In this document: one piece after another, positions 26,091-36,713 of the stretch
Position numbering within the stretch: position 1 is the first letter of the stretch
How the letters are laid out: every line of letters begins with the position of its first letter
DNA from: Vicugna vicugna
Taxonomy: Eukaryota
Assembly (NCBI GenBank): GCA_013265495.1
Contig: MU058000.1
Span: 434,001-498,000, forward strand
Direction: 5' to 3'
Length of the DNA: 64,000 nucleotides
Notes under the pieces: model-generated
What the model saw: only the letters and a program-made list of their open reading frames with translations
Told to the model about the DNA's origin: nothing
Database searches by the model: none
Translations under genes and position numbers: made by a program

Positions 26091-26429
26091 AGCCTCTAAG
26101 CAAATGAGAAATAAAAGGAAACTTTCTCAACCTAACACAAAGCATCTATGGAAACTATCGGTAACATCATATTTATTTCCTGATGAAAGAACGATTTCTC
26201 TCTTATGATTAGAAACAAGATGATATCTGCCCTTATTCTTCCTACTGAAAATTATACTGGAGTTTCTAGTCTGTGCAATCAGATAAGAAAAAGAAATGCA
26301 AAGCACCCAGATTAGAGAGGAAGAAGTAAAACTGTTTTCAAACAACACAACTCATTTAGGTAGGTAATCGAACAGAATCTACCAAACAGCTTTTAGAACT
26401 AACAAGTGAATTTAATGACATTGCAGCCT

Positions 26430-26610
26430 AGCTGACAGATGACTTCAGCCCTAGCTCTTGTTTTGTTTGCAACTTCACAATAGACCTTGAGTCACAGCAT
26501 CCAGTTAGGCCACTCCCAAATTGCCCCACAGAAAATATGAGATGATGAATGTTATTTTAAACCAATACATTTTGGGGCTATTGATTATGCTCCAACAAAT
26601 AACTAATACA
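26430..26610 (+). mobile_element. MaLR LTR 3' fragment (MLT1-like)
   Basis: CCCCACAGAAAATATGAGATGATGAATGTTATTTTAAACCAATACATTTTGGGG...AATAACTAATACA resembles an MLT1 3' end. Confidence 0.6.
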
Positions 26611-26624
26611 GGCATTGCAAACCT

Positions 26625-27040
26625 GTTCATTCATTTAACATTTACTATTTACTAACTCTGAGCTAGGCACTGTTCTTGGTGTTAGGGATACAGTGGCCAG
26701 AAAAAAATCAGTAGAGTTCCTGATTTCATGGAGCGTATATCTTGATGAGGATGGGAGAGCAGCAAGAGGCAGGCAATAAATGAGTAAACTAATCAGCAAT
26801 AATGAGCAGTGATAAGTGCTTTGGTAAACTAATATGATGGAGGTGGCAATCATTCCTTTAGGCAGGATTTTCAGGGAAAACCTTTTGAGGAGGTGATATT
26901 TAAACTAATGCTTGAATGATGTGAAGATTTGAAGGCAGATTGTCCCAGCCATAGAGTTCAGCAATAACAAAGGCCCAGAGGTAGTACTAAACCCGCCTTG
27001 TTCCAGGTCCAGCAAAGTGATGGTGAGGGCCCCATCTTGA
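26625..27040 (-). mobile_element. L2 3' fragment
   Basis: TTCATTCATTTAACATTTACT...GCTAGGCACTGTTCTTGGTGTTAGGGATACAG, the reverse complement of the L2 3' end. Confidence 0.7.
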
Positions 27041-27044
27041 GATA

Positions 27045-27255
27045 CAGGGATGAGCAAACTTGGCTTCTGGGTCAAATCCTGCCCAAAGCCTGTTTGGTAT
27101 AGCCTACAAGCTAAGAATGGCTTTGACACTTATTATGATTTATATCAAGTCGTATTTTGAAAAAAGGAGGAGATGTGATAAAGATTGTATGTAGTCCGAA
27201 AAGCCGAAAATATTTACCATATGGTTTTTTACAGAAAAAGTTTACTGGCTCCTAT
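27045..27255. mobile_element. hAT-Charlie DNA transposon (MER58-like)
   Basis: CAGGGATGAGCAAACTT...GGGTCAAATCCTGCCC...AAGCTAAGAATGG...TTTACAGAAAAAGTTTACTGGCTCCT. Confidence 0.7.
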
Positions 27256-27879
27256 AGTATGTCTTTATTGGTCAGTCTAAAGAATTCATACATAATTTTA
27301 TTTTTTAACTTTTTATTTCTTCTTTTTATTGTGGAATAGTATTCCATTGTATGGCTGTATCGCTGGGTTTTGGTTTTTGTTTTTCATCCATTACCTAGTG
27401 GAAGGACATTTGAATTGTTTCCAGTTTGGGGAGATTATGAATAAGCCACTACAAACATTGAAATACACATATTTTAAGTGTACAGTTCAATGAATTTTGG
27501 CAAATGCATACATCCACGTATGGCCAGTCTAATTAAAATGTAGAAGAACATGTTTATAATCCCTGTGAGTTCTCGCCTGTCTTTTCCCAATCTCCTATAA
27601 CCATTGCTCTGATTTCCATCGCCATAGCTTTCCTTGTCCCAGAAGTTTATACAAATGAAAACATTATAGTATGTGAGGAGTTGATATTCCTTTTACCGCC
27701 CAAGAATTGAAGGCTTTAAAGAGGGAAATTGGCACAGTCTGATTTCTATTTTAAATTATCTTTTTGGCTACTGTGTGAAGAATGCTGAGTAGACGATAGT
27801 GTGCCACTTTAGTATTCTTTTTCTTCCCATCTTCCGGGGGAGGAAATGGCTCGTTAAAATTCCTGGGCAGACCGGAATT

Positions 27880-28470
27880 TACAGGTCGGCGTCAACCCGG
27901 TATCGCCGGGCTGGTTTCAGACTCCCATTCAAGGCACTCGAACTGTTTCTGCGTTCCCGGTTCCGCCCAGCAGGTGGCCCCAGAGCCCGGCTGCTGCCCT
28001 GCGCCTCCGAGTCGGCGCGCTGCCGCGGGAGCCCGACGCCGCCGGGCGACTCCTCGCGGCGATTCCGGCGCGTGTGGCGGCGCGCGCCCAGCGGTCTCGG
28101 TTTGCGCTGAAGTTGCGGAGCCGCAAGGATCCCCAAGAGTTGTAGCGCCTCGGCTTCGGGCGCACCTCGGGCCGGCGAGCCATGTGTGCCCGCCTCAGAC
28201 CCTCAGCCGAGGCGACCTGGGCCCGGAGGAGCTGAAGTTGTGTAGGACCCGCGGCCGCTGGAACTTTCTCTGGATAGAGGGTGCGTGCGGGCGCATCCCG
28301 TAGGCAGCGCTTTTAGGAGGCTGCCCGCGCGAAAAGGTGGCCCGTTGGGTTAAGAGACGAGGAAAGGAGAGGGCTTCCGAACTAGGCTTTGGGTTGAAGT
28401 AAGGGGAGGTTGGAAAGCAAAGGGGACCGGTGTTGAGCGGCGGGGAACAGACGGAGCAGGCTGCGTAGCT
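27880..28470. promoter_or_regulatory. CpG island upstream of TSHR
   Basis: Very high GC and CpG density (e.g. GGCGCGCTGCCGCGGGAGCCCGACGCCGCCGGGCG); CTCF-like CCAGCAGGTGGC at 27967-27978. Confidence 0.85.
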
Positions 28471-28530
28471 TGGGGCAAGGAAAGCCAAGTTAGCAAGCTT
28501 GTTTGGCTGAGGAGTTGCCTAGGGATACGC

Positions 28531-28587
28531 AGCACTTGACAACCTCTTCTTTCCTCTTCTCCAGCCTCCTCCCAGGTGCTGAGGTCA
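28531..28587 (+). promoter_or_regulatory. TSHR: TSHR minimal promoter elements: NKX2-1/TTF-1 site (CACTTG 28533-28538) and CRE-like TGAGGTCA (28580-28587)
   Basis: Motifs lie at about -185 and -138 from the ATG, matching the positions described for the TTF-1 site and CRE-like element of the rodent TSHR promoter; TATA-less with a pyrimidine tract. Confidence 0.8.
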
Positions 28588-28717
28588 CAACCCCATCCAG
28601 TCCTCCTTCCTCCCACCCTCTCTCTCTCCCTCAGCCTGGGGCAACCCGAGGCGCAGAAGGCTGAGAATGAGGCGATAGTGGAGGATGGAGAGATACAGCC
28701 TTGGAGACCCGAGGAAA

Positions 28718-28887
28718 ATGAGGCCGACGCCCCTGTTACAGCTGGCGCTGCTTCTTGCCCTGGCCAGGAGCCTGAGGGGGAAAGGCTGTCCGTCTCCGCC
28801 CTGCCGGTGCCACCAGGAGGACGACTTCAGAGTCACCTGCAAGGATATCCACCGCATCCCCAGCTTACCGCCCAGCACGCAGACTCT
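28718..28887 (+). CDS. TSHR: Thyrotropin (TSH) receptor exon 1 coding part (signal peptide and N-terminal Cys cap); gene continues past the window
   Basis: [56 protein letters not shown]; 170 coding nt followed by donor CT|GTGAGT, the known TSHR exon 1 size and phase. Confidence 0.98.
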
Positions 28888-28989
28888 GTGAGTACCTGGG
28901 AGAGGAGAGGGTGAGACCCAGGGCCAAAGGCAGCTCGGAAAGGTGGATGGAAGTGCACACACAGAAAGAGCTTGAGAATAGGCCAAAGG

Positions 28990-29025
28990 GTGTGGGTGTG
29001 CGCGCGTGTCTGCGTGTGTGTGTGT
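28990..29025. repeat. Imperfect (GT)n/(GC)n alternating purine-pyrimidine tract
   Basis: GTGTGGGTGTGCGCGCGTGTCTGCGTGTGTGTGTGT at the start of TSHR intron 1. Confidence 0.8.
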
Positions 29026-29364
29026 CTACGAAGAATAAAAACTCCATCAACCAAACTTGGGATTACTGACACCCCAGTTATTTATAACACAGATGAAGTT
29101 AACAAAACTTTAGTTCAAGACGAAAAGTGAAAATTGTTCTTTCTAAAGAGCTGCTCTTCTGCACTTTGCCTGCTCCCAGCCCTGGCTGAATCTTATTATA
29201 CCTCAGATGTAAATAATTAAGACTAATAGCAACTCAAGAATTGATCCTTTGGGTGATGAAAATTGAAAAAAAAAGTGTTTCAACTTCTAGTCTTTCTAGA
29301 TGGGAGAGGTCTCTTAATTCATCAAGTAGTTGACAAAATTTAATCAGGGCTCTCTTTAAAATAT

Positions 29365-29739
29365 AATCCTCACTCGGTTTCCATGGGGAATTGGTCCCAG
29401 GCCCCCTGTGTATACCACAATACAGGATGCTCGATGTAGTATTTGCATGTCACCTAAGCACATCCTCCTGTGTGCTTTAGATCATCTCTAGATTATTTAT
29501 AATACCTAATACAATGTAAATGTTATGTAAGTAATTCTAAATACACTGTAACTCTACATAAATCATTGTATATACGGTGTAAATGCTATGTAAATAGTTG
29601 CCAGTGTGGGGCAAATTTAAGTTATGCTTTTTGGATGCTTCCAGAATTCCTCACCCCCACCACCCCCCAGGAGTATTTTCAATCCAGGGTTGGCTGAATC
29701 CGCAGGTGTGAAACCTTCCCATACAGATGGTCGACTGTA
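29365..29739. mobile_element. TcMar-Tigger DNA transposon (MER2-like)
   Basis: CTCGGTTTCCATGGGGAATTGGTCCCAGGCCCCC ... TTTTCAATCCAGGGTTGGCTGAATCCGCAGGTGTGAAACCTTCCCATACAGATGGTCGACTGTA. Confidence 0.75.
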
Positions 29740-30830
29740 TACCCTTTATACTTTGTATGAAGCTAACTTTGTATGAAGTATCTGAGTTAATACTCAAATG
29801 TGAACCACCCACTGTTAAAGTGCATCCAAAAATCTCCTTGGGAGTAGGCATGGTAGAGGTAAAAGAGATGAAATTTCATAAAATGCATGTTTTATCTGCG
29901 TGTTAAGTGTTACCAAATTAGAAATTTGATGTTAAATAAGTTTTGTGTATATCTTTTCCTTAATAGACATTTAGATCAATGATAATTTAATGGATAATTA
30001 TAAAAAGACCAAGGGAAGAAGGCTTTCTTGAGTGGTTAAAAATAGAACAGCAAGAAAGAATAGTAAAAACAATCTAGGTTGGTTAAGCCCAGTTAATGTG
30101 AGAAAGCACAGGTTATAAAGAAAATGTAGATAAATGGAAAGCAGTGGTGAAGTTGTATGTACGATTTCCTCAGAAATTTAGCTCATAGAAACAGTCAGCA
30201 GTAGGTTATGAGTGTTTCACCACAGGTGTGTATTTCTGTGCTGAGATACCTCAGTTTCTTCTCTCACCTGGATTAATTAATACAGTGACCTCCAAGCAGT
30301 GCTTCAGTCTCCACGCTGACACCATGGAATAGAATATGTTCTCATCTTCTTGATTAAACCCCTACTTTGACTCCTCGTGGCTCCCATGATAAAACTGTTT
30401 TGTACAGCCTACCAGATCCTTTAAGACCTAGCCAAGTCTTTCAGTCTTCAGGGCTCCTTCTCTATCTGACTTTCCATTCCTAATGAACAGAATTCCTGGC
30501 ATTTTCCCCAAAGTTCTTTACTCCCACAATTGCCTTCCCTCCCACATTTTATTCCCTCTGCCTAAAGCAACTTCTCCCTTTTCTTCAACTGGCTAATGCC
30601 TACACCAAGGTCCAGATTAGGGGCCAACTTCTTCAGAAAGCCTCTCCTGACCCATGACCCTTAGGCTGGGTGAGCTATCTTCCCCCACAGCATTCTATGT
30701 GTGAACCCTATCCTAGCCCTTACATAGAGTTTTTCTGTAACTTGTTACTTCTCTGAGTGCCTACCCAAGCAGGACAGTTAGCTTCTCTGACACAGGGACC
30801 CTGTCATTCAACCCTGGAACTACTTTGGTG

Positions 30831-30863
<33 letters not shown>

Positions 30864-31559
30864 AAGAAAGAAGCTTGTTAAGTGAATGAATGAACAAACA
30901 AATATACTGGTCTCAGATTGTCCAGTATGTGATGGGGAGAAAGAAGGCTAGAGACATCACGTCCTCAAAGACTTCAATAAAGGCAGCAGAATTTCAAGAG
31001 CCATCCAAGAGAAATGTGGCTCTGACAGTGGAAGAGAAGTTAGGGTCATCCTGTGTATAATTCCGCCAAGCAATGAGGGAGAAGGGAAATGTTGGAGAAA
31101 AAGCAGTGGAACAGGAGTCAGGAAACACGTTCTCTTCATCCCTCTCTCAGGAACTGTGAAATGAGGTGAGATGATTTGTTTGGGAGGACCCAAGTTTCCT
31201 TTAGGGTACAAGGAGGGGTTCCATTAAGGTACTTTCTGATGCCTGTGATGCAGTGAGACGAGTCTGAGGGAATCCACTGAATCACAAGGGTAAGAACTGA
31301 ATTAAGACAGCAGTAGGAGGAACCTGACCTTGAAAACAGTGCAGGGTGGGATGAGGGAGGGCAGGACGAGGGGCTGTTCCGAAGAATGAGAGGAAGAGAA
31401 AAGTCGATGAAAGGTGTGGTAAAAGGCTACGCTAATTTCAGCAATGACCACAGCCATGTGCAGAAGTAGCAAAACGATTTTCAGATCTTTGGGGGGCAGT
31501 AGAACTCTTTGGTGAGAGGAGAGCTTTTGAGAGAAGTCAGTATGTAAAGCTAACGATCA

Positions 31560-31775
31560 TGCTGTGTTTGTGCCTCTTCTCAGTACTTTACACCAACTCG
31601 TCCATTGAATCCTTACAGAATCCAACTGAGTAGATGATTTTATTACTCTCCTCGTATAGATGAGAGAACAGGCACAACAGAAATGAAGCAATTTGCTCAC
31701 TGTCACACAGCTCATAAGTGGTGGTGCCGGGGTGTGAAATACCACAGAGCTGCACCCTGAAACCCCTGCTCTCAG
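31560..31775 (-). mobile_element. MIR SINE
   Basis: TCCATTGAATCCTTACAGAATCC...TATAGATGAGAGAACAGGCAC...AATGAAGCAATTTGCTC matches the MIR core in reverse. Confidence 0.65.
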
Positions 31776-34700
31776 ACGAAAGTGGGTCTCCCCCGGCCAG
31801 ATTCTGCACAGTATGGCCATGAGCCTTTGGAGAAAGAAGTTTGAAAGCTCGTGATGTCCAGTAAGCCACAGATAACTTTGGGGGCTGTTGGCCTGAGAAA
31901 TATGCAAGAACTCAGGAAATAGAAGGTTAGGAGGAAAAGAAAACAGGAAGAGAAAGAAGGAGGGAAAGAAGAAAGAGAGGATGTGAGGGAAGGAGGAAAA
32001 GAAAGACTATAGCTAAGTTATATCATAGAAGGCGTTCTCTGCTGGAACAAATCAGATCTTTGTCATTAAAAACCTGTTCTGTGTGGTAACCCTCTTTTCC
32101 AAATATAGATGCTGTTTAACCACTGCCTAACCATTTTTCAAATTATTCTGGTGCTGAGAGCAATTTTTCCTAGCCCTTCTCTTTTATCCACTAGCGTGAT
32201 GCTGAAAAGTAAAGAGATTGCCTTTCTTTATCACCCATACACCTGCCTGGTGGTCTGGTGTATGGGTGGGAGAGACTTATACTGTTTGTGGGTCTCACTG
32301 AAACAGTGGTTCTGAATCCTTTTACCCACTCCCCCACCTACAAATGGCATGATACATTCTCAGTATAACAGTGATTCTCACTAGGTGAGAACTGAGGAAG
32401 AGCTGGTATCCCTACCCTCCAGTGGAACATTCTAGACCCTTTGATGTACAGGTAGGTTAAAAAAAAATGCTCCTCCCAATTGAGAATTACTGATTGAAGG
32501 GAACTTAAATAAAGCAAGCAGACTAAAATTAAAATGTTACATTCTGACGTATAATTACAGATCATATTGTCTCAACCCCAAGTATCGCAAGACTGACCCA
32601 TCACTCTCATTCAGAGAGCTGCCATTTGCTACCTCTGTGTATGAGAGGCCGTTGCTTCTCTGAATGAGGAGGTGGATGGTGTTTGACAGCTATTCCGGAT
32701 TTGTATGGATTCTTCCTCAGGAAAGTGCCACCTTACCTTGCTGTGTCCCTTTGACTTACCTGCTTTTCGTTTTATGATGTTGACAGCCACCGCCTCTACC
32801 TGCTCCATCCCCCGTCTCGAGAGTCTAGGGTTTCAGTGGCGTGGTGTTTTGTCTGTCACACACGTGTGTGCCTTCACAATGCTTCTGGAGTTGTTGCACC
32901 TGTTGTTTCCAGGTTCCAGATTTTGCTTCGGCATTTAGTCATTTGCGTGCTGTATCTGGGGCTCTAATTGATGGACTATGCTGGTGTTTTCTAAACTGAA
33001 GAGAGTCACTCACCATCTTCAGGGGTTTCACCCTATCTGTGTTCAACCTGTGCTATTATTCACTCAGTATCTTTAGGTTGACTCACTCCTTTGACTAAAG
33101 GAATTTTGTTTAGAAAGCTGAAATCACGACTATAAATGAAAAATTAGCATGACTTGCTATAAATAGGAGGTAACCAGACAACCACACACAGTGAAAACAC
33201 AAATGTAATTATATTCTAGCTCGGGAGTATTGTCTATGAATGCTCTGAGCCTGAGGCTGCCTTCTCTTTATCATAAAGGAAGAGTAATAAGTGTTCAAGA
33301 AATATTGAAGAAACACCAGTCCACTGTGGTGTCCTTGGTGGTATCAGAAGGACTGAAAGACAGTGGAAAAGGGAATCACTTTCCCACTGTGTGATTCAGT
33401 ATTATTTAATGCCATGCGGACATTTCACCTAAAATAATCTTATGTGTCTGCAAATCACAGCAGTTCCACACTCAGGGAAATGTGGATGAATTCCATATGT
33501 CACAATTATTTTGGTTGCAATCAGTGGTCGTAACCTGAATAACGTTGGGTTCTTGACCTAAAGAGAGGCACTCTGCCCCAGCGCCCACATGCTGCCCAAG
33601 CACAGACCAATACTTGATGTCTGATGAAGGCGGCTTCACTTTGTGCTTTCAGGCTCCAAGATCTATTCTCTGTTGCTCTGTGTGAGCTTTGTGTATCACT
33701 CAAGGTTTTCCTTGGTAAGTAATGGAAAACCCACTCTGTCTAGCTTAAGGAGGAAAGAAATATTTTGAAAGAATTATATATAATTTACAGAATCATTGTT
33801 GAGCCAGGCTTTGAAAATAGGCCCAGGCCCACGGCAGGCAGGATGTTGGAGCCACAGCCAACCATCTGGTTGGAACAACTCCATGGACAATACCGCAGTT
33901 ATAGCTGCAGGACATCTGTGGTGCTAGGCACCCGGTTATATAGCTGCCTGACTGTCTGTGTGCAAACAGCAGTCATTTCTCAATTGTCCCTGCCTCTTTG
34001 GATCAGCAGCCAGAGGGTGATATCCTGTCTGAGAGCATCTGATGGTCTGCTGTAGGTTACCTGCTGAGTCCTAGCTGCTGGGGGGAAGGGGAAGGAGAAG
34101 GAGAGGGCCCCCCCCCCACTTTTGGTGTCAGTAGTGGGAGATGCAGAACTGTGTCCTTCTAATAGTGCACCAAATGAGGAGTTTCTGTTGAAAGAGAGAC
34201 CGTAGGCCCTCAGCACTGCTTGTCACTTCTTCCATTATGCAAATGGTTATAAAGTGCTGGCTGTATCCTAGACACTGTGTGAAGCTATGGATTTGGTGGA
34301 GAACGGTGCCAATGTGTTTGTCCCTGTCCTCAGGGATTTCACAGTCTTGTGTGGAAGCTGAATATTCACCAAGTAATCACGTAAACATATAATTAGAATT
34401 CTGTAAGTGTGCTGAGTGTACTTGGGGGGAGAGCTGACTTAAATGGGTTCAGAGAAGGCTTTGAGCTGTACCCTGAACTAGTAGAAGTGGGGCATAAGCA
34501 GCTGCATGGGTGGTGGTGGAGGGTAGGGAAGCACTGTTGCAGGAGATGGAGCTGCTCATTTGAAGAGCTTAGAAGAATTCTCACTTAAACAGTGAAGGCC
34601 TTGATTTATTCACTTGGGACAAAGACATCGATGCGCAACAAATAATACTATATACTTTATAACATGATACAGGTCAAAGTGAATTCTGATGTCTATGGGG

Positions 34701-34991
34701 CCAACTTTTGTGTACAAAAAAGACTTCTGAGGATACCTGGTTTTAAAAATAAGTATTTGATTCATTAAAGCAATAAATGTAAAACCTAGGTTTTTCAGAG
34801 TTCTCCATATATTTATTATTTTATTTGTAAATCTAATTAATTGTAAAAATTACTTTAAGGAAGATTTTATAATTTAATAGTATCTTAATAAGTACCTTAA
34901 TAAGATAATAAATAGTTTAAATGAATACAAATTTAATATATTTTCTTTTAAAGCACTTGAATGTTTGACAAAACTTTCCAAATGCTTAGAA

Positions 34992-35426
34992 TGTGAAGGA
35001 AAAGCCCAGCTGGGCTAACAGCTAAGTCACAAATCTAAGTGCAACAAGTGTCGGATTACTGACCTGAGTTCTGGGCTAACTCATAAATCTGAAGTTTAGT
35101 GTCAGTCTATTGGGCTAACAAGCTCAGTCACAAATCTAAGTGTGATAAGTGTCGGTTTACTGATATAAGTTCTGCCGGGCTAACTTGTAAATCTAAAGTT
35201 TAGTGTCAGTTTACTGGGCTAACAAGCTAACTCGTAAATCCAAGCTCAACAAGTGTCAGTAACGTGATCTGTTCCAAATTGATAAGCTCCAATGTACTGA
35301 TTCCTTGGTTTTTGTTGTTTGAGCCTTAATTCAGAGCAGCCTCTGAGCCCGCCGGCGTAATAAATCTGAGTACTCCAACCCTCCGAGTGGTGCTTGTTTC
35401 TTGGCTGGCCTGTCATTTCCATAACA
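34992..35426 (+). mobile_element. Solo ERV1-type LTR (435 bp) with 4-bp TSD and internal about 102-bp tandem repeat
   Basis: TG at 34992, CA at 35426, flanking AGAA on both sides (34988-34991, 35427-35430); repeat units begin TGGGCTAACA at 35011, about 35112 and about 35215; AATAAA near 35359. Confidence 0.85.
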
Positions 35427-35606
35427 AGAACATTCTAGAAAATCTATTAAATTAAACTTTGTAAGTACCGGGAATCCTAAATTTTTAGGCAACCCAATGC
35501 TATTTACAGGGAAAGGAGAGTGAAGTGGTTAAGAGCACACTCTCTGGAGTGAGGTCGTCTGGATTGAATGCCTTGCTCTACCATTTCCTAGGTATGCTTT
35601 CGGGAA

Positions 35607-36074
35607 TGTAGGGAAGAAAAAAAAAACTCCCACCCCTACTTTTCTAAGTTCTCAGCTGGGGCCTCTGTAACAAAGAAGAGATTAACAAGCGACAAGCATA
35701 CGATTTTATGTAATATGAGTTTTACATGACAGGACACAGAGCCTTCCTCAGGAAATGAAGACCCAAGAAGCTATTAAACCCGAGCATCTTTATGCTAGTT
35801 TTGACATAGAGTGGAGTTTGACAGGACAGAAAAGGGTCTGAGCTAAGTCTAATAAAGGAGCAAAGTACAAGTTCTGTTGACTCAGATTCCTCTCGGGGAC
35901 AGGGACGTTCCCTTCCACCAGGTATAGGGAGGACAGTTCTTACAAGGAGATCATAAGACCTGCTTTAGGGGAAAGGCAAGAAGTCCTCCCTGCACATGCT
36001 GTTTCCGAAATTCGTTAAAGTATTCAACATGCCAAGGTGTTGTAGTTTGCGGTAGCAGGTCCTAAACCCCATCA
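35607..36074 (-). mobile_element. ERV1-class solo LTR (MER34/MER90-like) inserted into a MIR
   Basis: Reverse complement starts TGATGGGGTTTAGGACCTGCTACC...CACCTTGGCATGTTGAATA; MIR head at about 35515-35600 resumes at about 36075-36190. Confidence 0.65.
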
Positions 36075-36272
36075 AGAGCATTGCCTAATTGCTCTGTGCC
36101 TTCGCTCCTTCATGTTTATAGGAAAGATAATAGTAGCTGCCCCCACTGGATTGCTGGGAGGTGTGAATGAGCTAATGCTGTTTAAGAATAATTTTCAAAG
36201 ACAAGTAAAATCATGACTCTCCTGCAGCTGTAAATCAAGCACATTAAAGACTGTATCTAACTCATTAAGGAG

Positions 36273-36713
36273 GGTATTCATTCCCTAAGGCTACGCTAAC
36301 AGAGCACCACAGACTGAGTGGCTTACAATAACAGAAATTTATTCTTAACCATTCTGGAAGCAAAAAGTGAAAAATCACAGTGTTAACAGGGCCATGTTCC
36401 TCCAGAGGCTCTAGGGAAGAATCCTTCCTGCCTCCTTCAACTTCTGGTGCCTTTGGCAGTCCTTGGTGCTCCTTGGCTTGTAGCTCCAATCTCTGTGTCT
36501 TTATTCACATGGCCTTCTCTCTATGGGTCTTTGTCTCTATGTATACTTTTCTCTTCTTATAATGATCCCAGTCATAGGGTTTAGGGCCCACCCTAATCCA
36601 GTATGACCTCAACTAATTAAATCTATAAAGACCCTACTTCCAAATAAGGTCACATTCTGAAGTTCCAGGTGGACATGAATCTGGGGTAGGGGGACACTAG
36701 TCAACCCATTACA
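36273..36713 (-). mobile_element. MaLR solo LTR (MLT1C-like)
   Basis: GTATTCATTCCCTAAGGCTACGCTAACAGAGCACCACAGACTGAGTGGCTTAC ... GGGGACACTAGTCAACCCATTACA. Confidence 0.8.

Larger units (their letters stand above)
21500..26430 (+). mobile_element. Old fragmented L1 (5' region, ORF1 and ORF2 remnants) hosting three nested insertions
   Basis: ORF1-like CAATTTCAATCAGCCTAATATAAGTGTAATGATTGGAGTCTCCAAAGGAG near 23050. ORF2 RT-region text reads through the inserts: ...TTTAACATTCAAAAATCAAT | CACTGTGATTC...ATCTCAATAGATGCAGAAAAAGCATT...AAAAACTCTCAG | CAAATGAGAAATAAAAGGAAACTTTCTCAACC. Outer boundaries approximate. Confidence 0.7.

Noticed and set aside
27799..28616. Several overlapping Arg/Pro/Ala-rich ORFs
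   Set aside because: Expected by-product of stop-poor CpG-island DNA; no recognisable protein similarity.
29748..29781. loxP/att-like recombination site (ACTTTGTATGAAG twice)
   Set aside because: A short direct duplication beside a MER2 end, not an inverted-repeat recombinase site; no supporting context.
35011..35260. CRISPR-like repeat-spacer array
   Set aside because: The intervening sequences are themselves repeated, it lies within an LTR with TSD, and the DNA is mammalian.
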